NCBI GenBank assembly: GCA_964500695.1
Contig: CAZCNT010000001.1
Coordinates: forward strand, 1 to 59,515
Source: an uncultured Gammaproteobacteria bacterium
GTDB taxonomy: Bacteria; Patescibacteriota; Microgenomatia; UBA8517
Reading direction: 5' to 3'
DNA: 59,515 nucleotides
The translations under genes were made by a program, and so were the position numbers. This document shows positions 35,034 to 42,084 of this stretch, piece after piece. Position 1 is the first letter of the stretch. Every line of letters begins with the position of its first letter. The notes under the pieces are model-generated. The model had not been told where the DNA came from, made no database searches, and saw only the letters and a program-made list of their open reading frames with translations.

Positions 35034-37356
35034 TGGTGTAAATTTTGGTGTGATAATTTTTTCTGCGGTAGGAATTGCCTTATTTATATTTCTGATGGTG
35101 GCCATGGGCTATCTAATTTTTGCGATGTTTAGACACAGAAAACGGGAAGAAACTTCAATCGATTCGGTTCTTCTTTCCGTGGCACTTCCCCGGAATAACG
35201 AGATAAAAATTGATGCCATGGAGCAGCTTTTCTCTTCTCTCTATTCGATTAAAAAGGGTGGTTATTGGCAAAAATTTGATATTCAACCGGCAATTTCCTT
35301 CGAAATTGTGGCGAAGCAAGAAGATATTAGGTTTTATGTCTGGGCGCCGAAGAAGCTTAAGGATTTAGTCGAAAAGCAAATTAATGGGAGTTACCCGGAT
35401 GCAGAGATTCTTGAAACAGATGAATACAACATTTTTACGAGTGACGGTAAAGTTGCTTATAAGTCTTTTCAACTGTCAAAAAGTTCCTTTTTTCCAGTAA
35501 AAACATTTAAAGATTTGGCAACCGATCCGATGGGGGGAATTACCTCGGCTTTAGCTAAAATGGGACCCGGTGAGGCTGCTGCAATTCAGGTTATAATTTC
35601 TCCCGCAGAGAACGATTGGCAAAAAGAGGGGAGCCATTTTATAAGTGATACCAAAAAACAGGAAAGCGACCCGGAAAAAGCCAAGTTTTCCACCTCTGCA
35701 AAAACTCTTGAGGCAGTAGAAAATAAAGTGGGGAAACCGGGTTTTGAAACTTCTATAAGAATTATTGCAATTTCCGACGACGAAGCCTCTGCAAAAAGCC
35801 ATGTAGCAAACATTTCAAGCGCTTTTGCTCAGTTTAACGGGGATCTAAATAATCTAAAGAGTAGGAAAATCCGTCGGAAGGGCGCTTTTATGGAAGATTT
35901 TCTTTACCGATACCTACCCATGTTTAATGTTTTTGGCAATCATCCTTCGATTCTAAATTCCGAAGAGTTGGCTACAATATTTCACTTTCCCAACAGACAG
36001 ATTACTACCCCGCATGTTTTTTGGCTTAATGCAAAAACAGCGCCTGCCCCGGCCCAAATTCCCAACGAGGGGCTTCATTTGGGGGTAAGCAGCTATCGTG
36101 GTATTAAGCGGGAGGTTTATATAGGGAATGAAGACAGAATGCGCCATATTTACATTATTGGAAAAACCGGAACCGGAAAATCGGAAATTCTTAAAGACAT
36201 GATTTTACAGGATATAAAGGACGGAAAAGGACTTTGTTTTATGGATCCGCACGGAGATGCAATTGAAGATATTCTGAAGCTAATTCCACCCGAAAGAGTA
36301 GAAGATGTAATTTATTTTAACCCCAATGATACCCAGCGCCCTATTGGAATGAACTTACTTGAAGCCAGAACCGAAGACGAGAAACATTTTGCGGCAACTA
36401 GCATTATTAATCTTATGTACAAGCTTTTTGATCCTTACAAAACCGGGATTGTAGGACCAAGATTTGAACATGGAGTTAGAAATGCCATGCTTACCGTAAT
36501 GGCAGAACCGGGAAATACGTTTGTCGAACTGATGCGCGCCATGACGGACTCCAGATATGTTCAGGAACTTCTGCCCAAGGTTACCGACCCGATTATTCGG
36601 AGATATTGGACAGATCAGATTGCGCAAACTAGCGACTTTCACAAGTCGGAGGTGTTGGATTATACGGTTTCAAAGTTTGGCCGTTTTGTTACAAATAAAT
36701 TAATCAGAAATATCATAGGGCAGCCTCAAAGCTCGTTTGATTTCAGAAAAATTATGGATGAAGGAAAAATTCTTCTTGTTAACCTGGCAAAAGGAGAATT
36801 GGGGGAGGAGAACAGTAATTTTTTGGGACTTCTTTTAGTTCCCAGGATTCTTATGGCTGCAATGAGCCGCGCAGATGTTCCGATGGAGCAGCGCCGCGAT
36901 TTTTACTTTTATGTTGATGAGTTTCAAAATTTTGCTACCCCGGATTTTGCCGTGATTCTTTCCGAAGCCAGAAAATACCGTCTTGGTCTTTGCGTTGCCA
37001 ATCAGTTTATCGGTCAGGTGGAAGATGAGGTCAAAAACGCCGTATTTGGAAATGTGGGTACAAAAATAAGTTTTAGGGTGGGTGTATCAGACGCCAATTT
37101 TTTGGCGCATGAATATGCCCCGGTTTTTGGAGAGGACGATTTACTTAATGTTGAACGTTTTCATGCTTATGTAACCACCATCGTTGACAACGAGCCGGTT
37201 CCTCCATTTTCTATGGATACGACGAAAGATATAAGTAAGATTAAAGCTATGGAAAGCCCGAGAATTGCTGAAATAATTAAGGAGATGAGCAGACTCAAGT
37301 ATGGCAGGGACGAGAGACTGGTGGAAGCTGAAATGAACCGAAGGTCTAAACTGTAA
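35023..37356 (+). CDS. VirD4/TraD-like (type IV coupling protein-like) membrane ATPase
   Basis: N-terminal TM pair, Walker A GKTGTGKSE and Walker B-like FYFYVDEFQNF. 777 aa. Confidence 0.75.
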   Translation: MYLDGVNFGVIIFSAVGIALFIFLMVAMGYLIFAMFRHRKREETSIDSVLLSVALPRNNEIKIDAMEQLFSSLYSIKKGGYWQKFDIQPAISFEIVAKQEDIRFYVWAPKKLKDLVEKQINGSYPDAEILETDEYNIFTSDGKVAYKSFQLSKSSFFPVKTFKDLATDPMGGITSALAKMGPGEAAAIQVIISPAENDWQKEGSHFISDTKKQESDPEKAKFSTSAKTLEAVENKVGKPGFETSIRIIAISDDEASAKSHVANISSAFAQFNGDLNNLKSRKIRRKGAFMEDFLYRYLPMFNVFGNHPSILNSEELATIFHFPNRQITTPHVFWLNAKTAPAPAQIPNEGLHLGVSSYRGIKREVYIGNEDRMRHIYIIGKTGTGKSEILKDMILQDIKDGKGLCFMDPHGDAIEDILKLIPPERVEDVIYFNPNDTQRPIGMNLLEARTEDEKHFAATSIINLMYKLFDPYKTGIVGPRFEHGVRNAMLTVMAEPGNTFVELMRAMTDSRYVQELLPKVTDPIIRRYWTDQIAQTSDFHKSEVLDYTVSKFGRFVTNKLIRNIIGQPQSSFDFRKIMDEGKILLVNLAKGELGEENSNFLGLLLVPRILMAAMSRADVPMEQRRDFYFYVDEFQNFATPDFAVILSEARKYRLGLCVANQFIGQVEDEVKNAVFGNVGTKISFRVGVSDANFLAHEYAPVFGEDDLLNVERFHAYVTTIVDNEPVPPFSMDTTKDISKIKAMESPRIAEIIKEMSRLKYGRDERLVEAEMNRRSKL

Positions 37357-37805
37357 GGCAAGTAATAAAAGTAAATAAAGTAATGAAGGTAATACAAGTA
37401 TGGAAAGTGGATACAAGAAGCTGATAGTTTGGCAGGAAGCTTTAAAGTTGATAGTTTTGGTTTATAGGTTAACGAAGACCTTCCCAAAATCTGAAGACTA
37501 TGCGCTAAGAGACCAAATAAGGAGAGCGGTGGTCTCGGTGTTAAGCCAGATTGCTGAAGGGTGGCTGCGTAGCTCCAAAAAAGATAAACTTCACTATCTT
37601 GAAATTTCATTAGGTTCTTTAATGGAGGTTGAGTCTCAGGCCGAAGTAGCATTAGCAGTTGGGTACTGGAATTTTAACAATCTGCAAGATTTTGAGGCTC
37701 AACGGGCCAAAGTTTGCTATCTTCTGGTAAGGTATGTTTCTAAGATTAAGTCCGGTTAGCCTTCTTATTACCTGTATTACTTCTATTACGTTTATTACTT
37801 TTTCG
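37356..37805. mobile_element. putative IR-bounded cassette 2 carrying a four-helix-bundle gene
   Basis: The arms 37360..37399 and 37760..37800 are reverse complements (30/40 by hand). They are built of 9-nt GTAAT words. Confidence 0.65.
37400..37759 (+). CDS. four-helix-bundle protein (23S rRNA IVS protein family)
   Basis: Contains LIVWQEALKL...FPKSEDYALRDQIRRAVVSVLSQIAEG. Confidence 0.85.
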   Translation: MESGYKKLIVWQEALKLIVLVYRLTKTFPKSEDYALRDQIRRAVVSVLSQIAEGWLRSSKKDKLHYLEISLGSLMEVESQAEVALAVGYWNFNNLQDFEAQRAKVCYLLVRYVSKIKSG

Positions 37806-37878
37806 TAAGTTTGGTATAATTGCCTCAGTTGGGGACCCTTATAAGCGAAGCTTGAAGCTGGCGCTATAGCAAAATTTT

Positions 37879-37953
37879 GGGCCATTCGTTCATCGGCTAG
37901 GACGGGACTCTTATAAAGTCCAAAGGATAGTTCGACTCTATCATGGCCCACCA
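37879..37953 (+). tRNA. tRNA-Ile, anticodon UAU, CCA encoded
   Basis: Hand fold: GGGCCAT-TC-GTTC-ATCGGCTA-GGAC-G-GGACT-CTTATAA-AGTCC-AAAG-GATAG-TTCGACT-CTATC-ATGGCCC-A-CCA. U8, A14, GG, U33 and the TTCGA T-loop are all present. Confidence 0.85.
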
Positions 37954-37975
37954 AAATTTTGGTATAGCGGAGCGC

Positions 37976-38017
37976 CATAAAGTATCAAGGATGGTTCGAC
38001 TCCATCGTGATCCACCA
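37976..38017 (+). pseudogene. tRNA 3'-half relic (anticodon-loop remnant, T-arm, acceptor 3' strand, CCA)
   Basis: CATAAAGTATCAAG-GATGG-TTCGACT-CCATC-GTGATCC-A-CCA. No complementary 5' acceptor strand (GGATCAC) lies upstream. Confidence 0.6.
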
Positions 38018-38076
38018 AATTTTGACACACGTTCTAAAGAATGTGATAAACAGAGCTTGCTTCTCGAAGACTCGAA

Positions 38077-38143
38077 GTAAAGCCCAAAGGATGGCTATAG
38101 TCCTGAGCGGAGTCGAAGGATTCGACTCCATCCAGACCCACCA
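38077..38143 (+). pseudogene. tRNA 3'-half relic with a 26-nt insertion in the T-loop, CCA encoded
   Basis: GTAAAGCCCAAA-GGATGG-[CTATAGTCCTGAGCGGAGTCGAAGGA]-TTCGACT-CCATCC-AGACCC-A-CCA. The alternative 9-bp hairpin GGAGTCGAA/TTCGACTCC is possible. No 5' partner is present. Confidence 0.55.
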
Positions 38144-38147
38144 AGAG

Positions 38148-39017
38148 TTATATATTCTCCCCACAAATTACCGATAAAGAGGCTCTTAATTTTTGGAAGT
38201 TTTCGTTAATATCACTTGACGTATCAATTACGGCCAGGTTTGGTTGTTTTTTCCTTCTTAAATCTAAAATAGCCTTTAGATACTGTTCATATAATAATGT
38301 TAAAAATTCTTGATTCATATGGTTCCCTTGTCTGTTTTCCAGAGTAGTTCTTTTCATGGAGGTTTCAGGTGTTTGCATAAAAATAACTACAGCATCCATG
38401 TTTATACTGGCCCTAAATATCCACCCCTGTTCTGTATCAAAATAATCCTGAAGTGGAATTTCTCCATACATAAGCCGGGCTGCAGTAAAAATTGCATGAT
38501 CCACAAGACCTCTATTGTGGACGGTAATAGCAGTATCTTCTATACCCCTTTTCCTCTTTTCCATCTCGGACACTATAAATTCCCCAAAAGCCCCTGCAAG
38601 CCTCAGGTGTTGTTGTGTCATGGCATCTTGGGGCATGATTTTCTTCCAGTTTTTTATATGTGCGTAGGGTTCTGATGTCATTAATATATTTTTATGGCCC
38701 AGTGAAATTAGCTTCTCTATAAGAGTATCCTTGCCGGTTCTAGGCATACCGATTATGGCAATATTTCTGGAAGTTTGATTTAGTTTACGGCCTTTAAACG
38801 GTAGTAGATTGAACACGGAATCGACATTTGGTATTTCTTGAGGAGTCGAATCTCGGCTTAGCTCGTTTTTAAAAAGTAATCCCTCGATGGTGTATTTTTC
38901 GGCCAAAAGAACATCGCGCTCAATGCCAATTCTGGGTTCAATTTTGGCAACAGCTTTAATCACAGAGTTGTAACCTTCTGAGGACAGCCAAGGATGACCA
39001 CTTTCCACTTTCATCAA
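38148..39017 (-). CDS. P-loop NTPase, nucleoside/nucleotide-kinase-like
   Basis: 289 aa with Walker A GMPRTGKDT. No closer assignment is possible by eye. Confidence 0.6.
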   Translation of the reverse strand: MMKVESGHPWLSSEGYNSVIKAVAKIEPRIGIERDVLLAEKYTIEGLLFKNELSRDSTPQEIPNVDSVFNLLPFKGRKLNQTSRNIAIIGMPRTGKDTLIEKLISLGHKNILMTSEPYAHIKNWKKIMPQDAMTQQHLRLAGAFGEFIVSEMEKRKRGIEDTAITVHNRGLVDHAIFTAARLMYGEIPLQDYFDTEQGWIFRASINMDAVVIFMQTPETSMKRTTLENRQGNHMNQEFLTLLYEQYLKAILDLRRKKQPNLAVIDTSSDINENFQKLRASLSVICGENI

Positions 39018-39041
39018 AGGGATTTTAACAGATAAGACAAT

Positions 39042-39923
39042 TTATAGCTCAATGAGGGTTTGTTTCTTGCCTGTCTCTGTTATTTGAGCCAGCTCCAAGT
39101 AGCGCTCGGTTGTGGAAAGACGCTTGTGACCGGAGACCTGAGAAAGAAGTACCAAGTCAACTTCATTTTTGAGATTCTCAACAATAAAAGTAGTTCTTAA
39201 GTCATTAACCGAGTAGCTGGGAAGCTCTGCCCGCTGCATATACCTGGAGATTGAAGCCCTGATGTTTCTGACCGCCAAAGGCTTACCGTTTTTGCTGATA
39301 AAAACATAGGGAGAGTCAGACTTGGGTCTGATATTCATATAAGAAACAAGGGTTTCTTGGGATGGATTGTTCAATGGAATGTTTCTTTCCGGTTGGGTGG
39401 CATAGGACTCAACTTTGAGAGAACCGTCCTTGACACCCACAGTTTTAAGATTGGCCACCTCCGAAATTCGAAGCCCCGTTTGTAGTATCAATTCAATGAT
39501 CGCCGCGATCCGAATGTCGCTTCTGACAACGTCCCTCAGTGCCCTATATTCGAGCTGAGAGAGAAACCTGGGAAGTGAGTTTTCGATTTTGGGATGGGCA
39601 ACGGATGCTGACACATCCCCGGTTATGATATTTTCGGAAATCATCCATCTGAAGAAAGTTTTAACGGCATTAAGTTTTCTACTTACCGACTTGGCTGTGT
39701 ATTTATCGGCCAAAAGAGTGTCGCGGAAGGAATCAAGATCGTCGGGTCTAACCTGTGTGGGTGTAACCTTACTCTTTTTGATCAAAAATTCCACTAACTG
39801 TTCAAGATCGCTTTTGTAGGCCAAAATAGTCGCCGGAGAGCGACTTTTAGCTTTCAACGATTCGATAAACTTAGGAAGCAGGTTTTTTATCGTAAATACG
39901 TCTTTCATTGTATCTTCTGTCAT
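39042..39923 (-). CDS. tyrosine site-specific recombinase, XerC/XerD-like
   Basis: SAM-like N-domain (TILAYKSDLEQLVEFL), then GLRISEV ... GHKRLSTTERY. Confidence 0.85.
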   Translation of the reverse strand: MTEDTMKDVFTIKNLLPKFIESLKAKSRSPATILAYKSDLEQLVEFLIKKSKVTPTQVRPDDLDSFRDTLLADKYTAKSVSRKLNAVKTFFRWMISENIITGDVSASVAHPKIENSLPRFLSQLEYRALRDVVRSDIRIAAIIELILQTGLRISEVANLKTVGVKDGSLKVESYATQPERNIPLNNPSQETLVSYMNIRPKSDSPYVFISKNGKPLAVRNIRASISRYMQRAELPSYSVNDLRTTFIVENLKNEVDLVLLSQVSGHKRLSTTERYLELAQITETGKKQTLIEL

Positions 39924-39989
39924 AGCTGTATAATTGAATTATCGAGACACAATTATAGCCTATTTTTTGGAATAGTCAATTATTACAGG

Positions 39990-40397
39990 ATGAAAATCAA
40001 AACGAGAGGAAAAGTTGGTAAAGATATTAAGGAGTTTTTTGGGCGTGTCTGGGGATATGCGGTTTGGGTTTTGATCTTGATTTTAACAATTTCGGTAATA
40101 CGTAACGTTAGAAAGGCAATTTCGATTAGAAGTGAGATTGCGCGTGAGCAGACAAAAGTGGACAAAATTAAAGAGGAAAATGCCAGATTGGAGAGGGAGA
40201 TTCTCCAAACCCAAAGCGGGGCTTTTATCGAAAAGCAAGTTCGCGACAGACTGGGACTGGTTAAAGAAGGGGAGGCCACCGTGGTTTTGCCGGATGAAGA
40301 AACATTAAGAAAGTTAGCGCCTCAGATTCTGCAGGATTCAGATACCCTTCCTGACCCAAACTGGAAGAAATGGATACAATTATTTATTTCCAAATAA
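39990..40397 (+). CDS. FtsB/DivIC-family septum formation initiator-like protein
   Basis: TM segment plus coiled coil, KIKEENARLEREI...IEKQVRDRLGLVKEGE. Confidence 0.7.
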   Translation: MKIKTRGKVGKDIKEFFGRVWGYAVWVLILILTISVIRNVRKAISIRSEIAREQTKVDKIKEENARLEREILQTQSGAFIEKQVRDRLGLVKEGEATVVLPDEETLRKLAPQILQDSDTLPDPNWKKWIQLFISK

Positions 40398-40580
40398 TAT
40401 CCAACCCCGCAAGTTTGCAGCACGAACCGTATGTGAATAATATTGAAAAGGTGAGTGCTAAAAACCGTTTAGGGTGGTTGAAACTATTCCTTTAGTTTTT
40501 TTCCAAGAAAAACACCCCTCTTTAATAATCCTTGCGGATAACCTTGTTACAGGTTGGGGGTGTTGTTTTGCACTTTGCGG

Positions 40581-40600
40581 ATTTATTACTTGTATTACTT
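40581..40600. repeat. solo GTAAT-word patch (reverse complement AAGTAATACAAGTAATAAAT) abutting and covering the stop of the Nfu_N-like gene
   Basis: Exact 19-mer AAGTAATACAAGTAATAAA is shared with recF at 51277..51295. Confidence 0.7.
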
Positions 40601-41266
40601 GGTGACGAACGTGATGTTGCCGAATACGTTCTCGAAGGCGAGTTTTATCTTGTCTTCAAGTGTCTTTCCGTTATCGTCACGTTCCGTCCAGCTGAATGCT
40701 TGTCCGATCGAGACTGAAACCTCATAGGGATGCATCCAGATCTCGGTGGTGCCTGGTAAAGCCATGAGCTTTCGAACCAAGGACGCACCTTCGGAACCAA
40801 TCTTGGTAAGGTAGCTTCCGCTTGAATCACGCAGAGGACGTTTAAAGTCCTCGATAACTGAGCGTGAAACCTCAAAGTTGGTGTGATACTCCAGCCTACC
40901 ACTTTGGGACTTTCCGATAACCACTTTCTTACCAGATGGAATTCCCTGTATCCTGCCCAGTTCTTTGAATGTGTTCTCGACAATTTCGTCGATTCTTTCA
41001 TCCCATCGCCGCCAGGGTCGTTTTGAGTCATCAATGTATACACTGACTTCGTATGGCTTTACGAAGATATCGTGGACGCCGAGGCGGAACAGATCACGGA
41101 CCATGTTGGCAACAATTTGCCCTTGATCGTGAAGAGCGTTCTCGTACGAACCCGACAACCAGAATGCGTAGTGATCGATCGATGACTTTCCGACCACCAC
41201 ATTGGTGTGAAAAGCACGACTTTTATCACTGTGTATCTCGACTTGAAATTTAAGTTCCATGACCAA
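40595..41266 (-). CDS. tandem Nfu_N-like (scaffold N-terminal) domain protein
   Basis: Two internal repeats, each ending ...LGVHDIFVKPYEVSVYI...W / ...TTEIWMHPYEVSVSI...W. Looks more G+C-rich than its neighbours by eye. Confidence 0.6.
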   Translation of the reverse strand: MVMELKFQVEIHSDKSRAFHTNVVVGKSSIDHYAFWLSGSYENALHDQGQIVANMVRDLFRLGVHDIFVKPYEVSVYIDDSKRPWRRWDERIDEIVENTFKELGRIQGIPSGKKVVIGKSQSGRLEYHTNFEVSRSVIEDFKRPLRDSSGSYLTKIGSEGASLVRKLMALPGTTEIWMHPYEVSVSIGQAFSWTERDDNGKTLEDKIKLAFENVFGNITFVTK

Positions 41267-41450
41267 TCTCCTTTTTCATCATCATCTTCATTTGGATACG
41301 ATTTTTCGAAAAGCAACTTCTTTTCCAATCCGCAAATTTAAGGTGCAAAACTGAAGCAGAATGGTACCACCACCACACATAAAAGTCAAGCTTATAGGAT
41401 GAACCCGCAAAATTTTGGGGCCAAAAATTGGGGTTTTGAGAGTGATAAAT

Positions 41451-41711
41451 CTACGGTAGTGTTTCTAAATAATTTTTCAATTGCTTTCGAATTACTCTTC
41501 TGCCCATACTCGTTTTGAGATATCTCTCTCGAGCTTCAGCGTCTGTTTTTAGTAGATAGGCTTCGTAGTAAATTAGATCAAAAGGTTTGCGGGGAGCAGT
41601 TGAAAAATTCTTACCTGAGTTATGTTCTTTAAATCTTCGTCTAAGATTAGAAGTCGTACCCGTGTAGAAATCGTTATCTTTTGCAGAACGGAGAATGTAT
41701 AGGTAGTGCAT
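41451..41711 (-). CDS. GIY-YIG nuclease-family small protein
   Basis: Contains YLYILRS...FYTGTTSNLRRRFKEHN. Confidence 0.85.
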   Translation of the reverse strand: MHYLYILRSAKDNDFYTGTTSNLRRRFKEHNSGKNFSTAPRKPFDLIYYEAYLLKTDAEARERYLKTSMGRRVIRKQLKNYLETLP

Positions 41712-41787
41712 GAAATTATTATATTACGTTGGGGTCATCAAACTCGCTTTGCTCGTTCCGACCCCACGAGGTTGGAAGAAAAAGAGC

Positions 41788-41825
41788 AAAAAAAAGGCTC
41801 CCTTTCGGGAGCTCTCTTTTTCTTT
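41788..41825. terminator. bidirectional intrinsic terminator
   Basis: A8, then GCTCCC-TTTC-GGGAGC, then a T-rich run. Nested inside the larger IR 41731..41742 / 41823..41834. Confidence 0.6.
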
Positions 41826-41836
41826 GATGACCTCGG

Positions 41837-41905
41837 TTGCGGGGCCAGAGGTCGCATCTGGCCTGAAAGATTATGAGCCTTTCGTGCACTGTACACTACC
41901 CCGCA
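41837..41905 (-). tRNA. atypical tRNA, anticodon CAU (short D-loop without GG, T-loop UGCGACC)
   Basis: Hand fold: TGCGGGG-TA-GTGT-ACAGT-GCAC-G-AAAGG-CTCATAA-TCTTT-CAGG-CCAGA-TGCGACC-TCTGG-CCCCGCA-A. Total 69 nt. Confidence 0.5.
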
Positions 41906-41964
41906 TGTAGCTAACTTTGGTATTATAACATAGGTGTGGATAAATCTGGTAAAATATGCGTTAA

Positions 41965-42036
41965 GCCAATGTAGCTCAGCGGTAGAGCGTTCGTTTCATA
42001 AGCGAAAAGTCGAAGGTCCGACTCCTTCCATTGGCA
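41965..42036 (+). tRNA. tRNA with anticodon CAU (elongator Met, or Ile2 if lysidinylated)
   Basis: Hand fold: GCCAATG-TA-GCTC-AGCGGTA-GAGC-G-TTCGT-TTCATAA-GCGAA-AAGTC-GAAGG-TCCGACT-CCTTC-CATTGGC-A. No CCA is encoded. Confidence 0.8.
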
Positions 42037-42049
42037 CAAGTAAACTCTC

Positions 42050-42078
42050 TTGACAAGTTGTACATACTCTTGTACACT
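42050..42078 (+). promoter_or_regulatory. TTGACA-17-TACACT promoter 6 nt upstream of the antitoxin ATG (leaderless), with two TGTACA palindromes
   Basis: TTGACA at 42050..42055, TGTACA at 42059..42064 and 42071..42076, TACACT at 42073..42078, and ATG at 42085. Confidence 0.5.
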
Positions 42079-42084
42079 TTTACC

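Larger units (their letters stand above)
40565..41351. mobile_element. putative IR-bounded segment carrying the Nfu_N-like gene
   Basis: GTTTTGCACTTTGCGG (40565..40580) versus CCGCAAATTTAAGGTGCAAAAC (41330..41351). These are complementary apart from a 6-nt insert. Confidence 0.45.

Noticed and set aside
37760-38147. tmRNA (standard or two-piece), suggested by the T-arm plus ACCA-type ends; the second unit even has a U at position 70 as needed for Ala identity.
   Set aside because: There is no 5' GGGG-type strand able to pair with either acceptor 3' strand. There is no tag-peptide reading frame ending in a typical ...AA stop context, and no pseudoknot-like organisation visible. The first unit is a complete ordinary tRNA.
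41837-41905. Initiator tRNA-fMet, because the acceptor stem resembles that of the E. coli initiator.
   Set aside because: Position 1:72 is a U-A pair rather than a C-A mismatch. The anticodon stem lacks the three consecutive G-C pairs, and 11:24 is pyrimidine:purine as in elongators.
38148-41950. Prophage or integrative element delimited by tRNA genes.
   Set aside because: There are no capsid, terminase, replication or conjugation genes. The recombinase looks Xer-like and an FtsB-like housekeeping gene lies inside. No direct repeat of the tRNA-Ile 3' end was found at the far side. Only the weaker reading as a scarred integration hotspot is retained.
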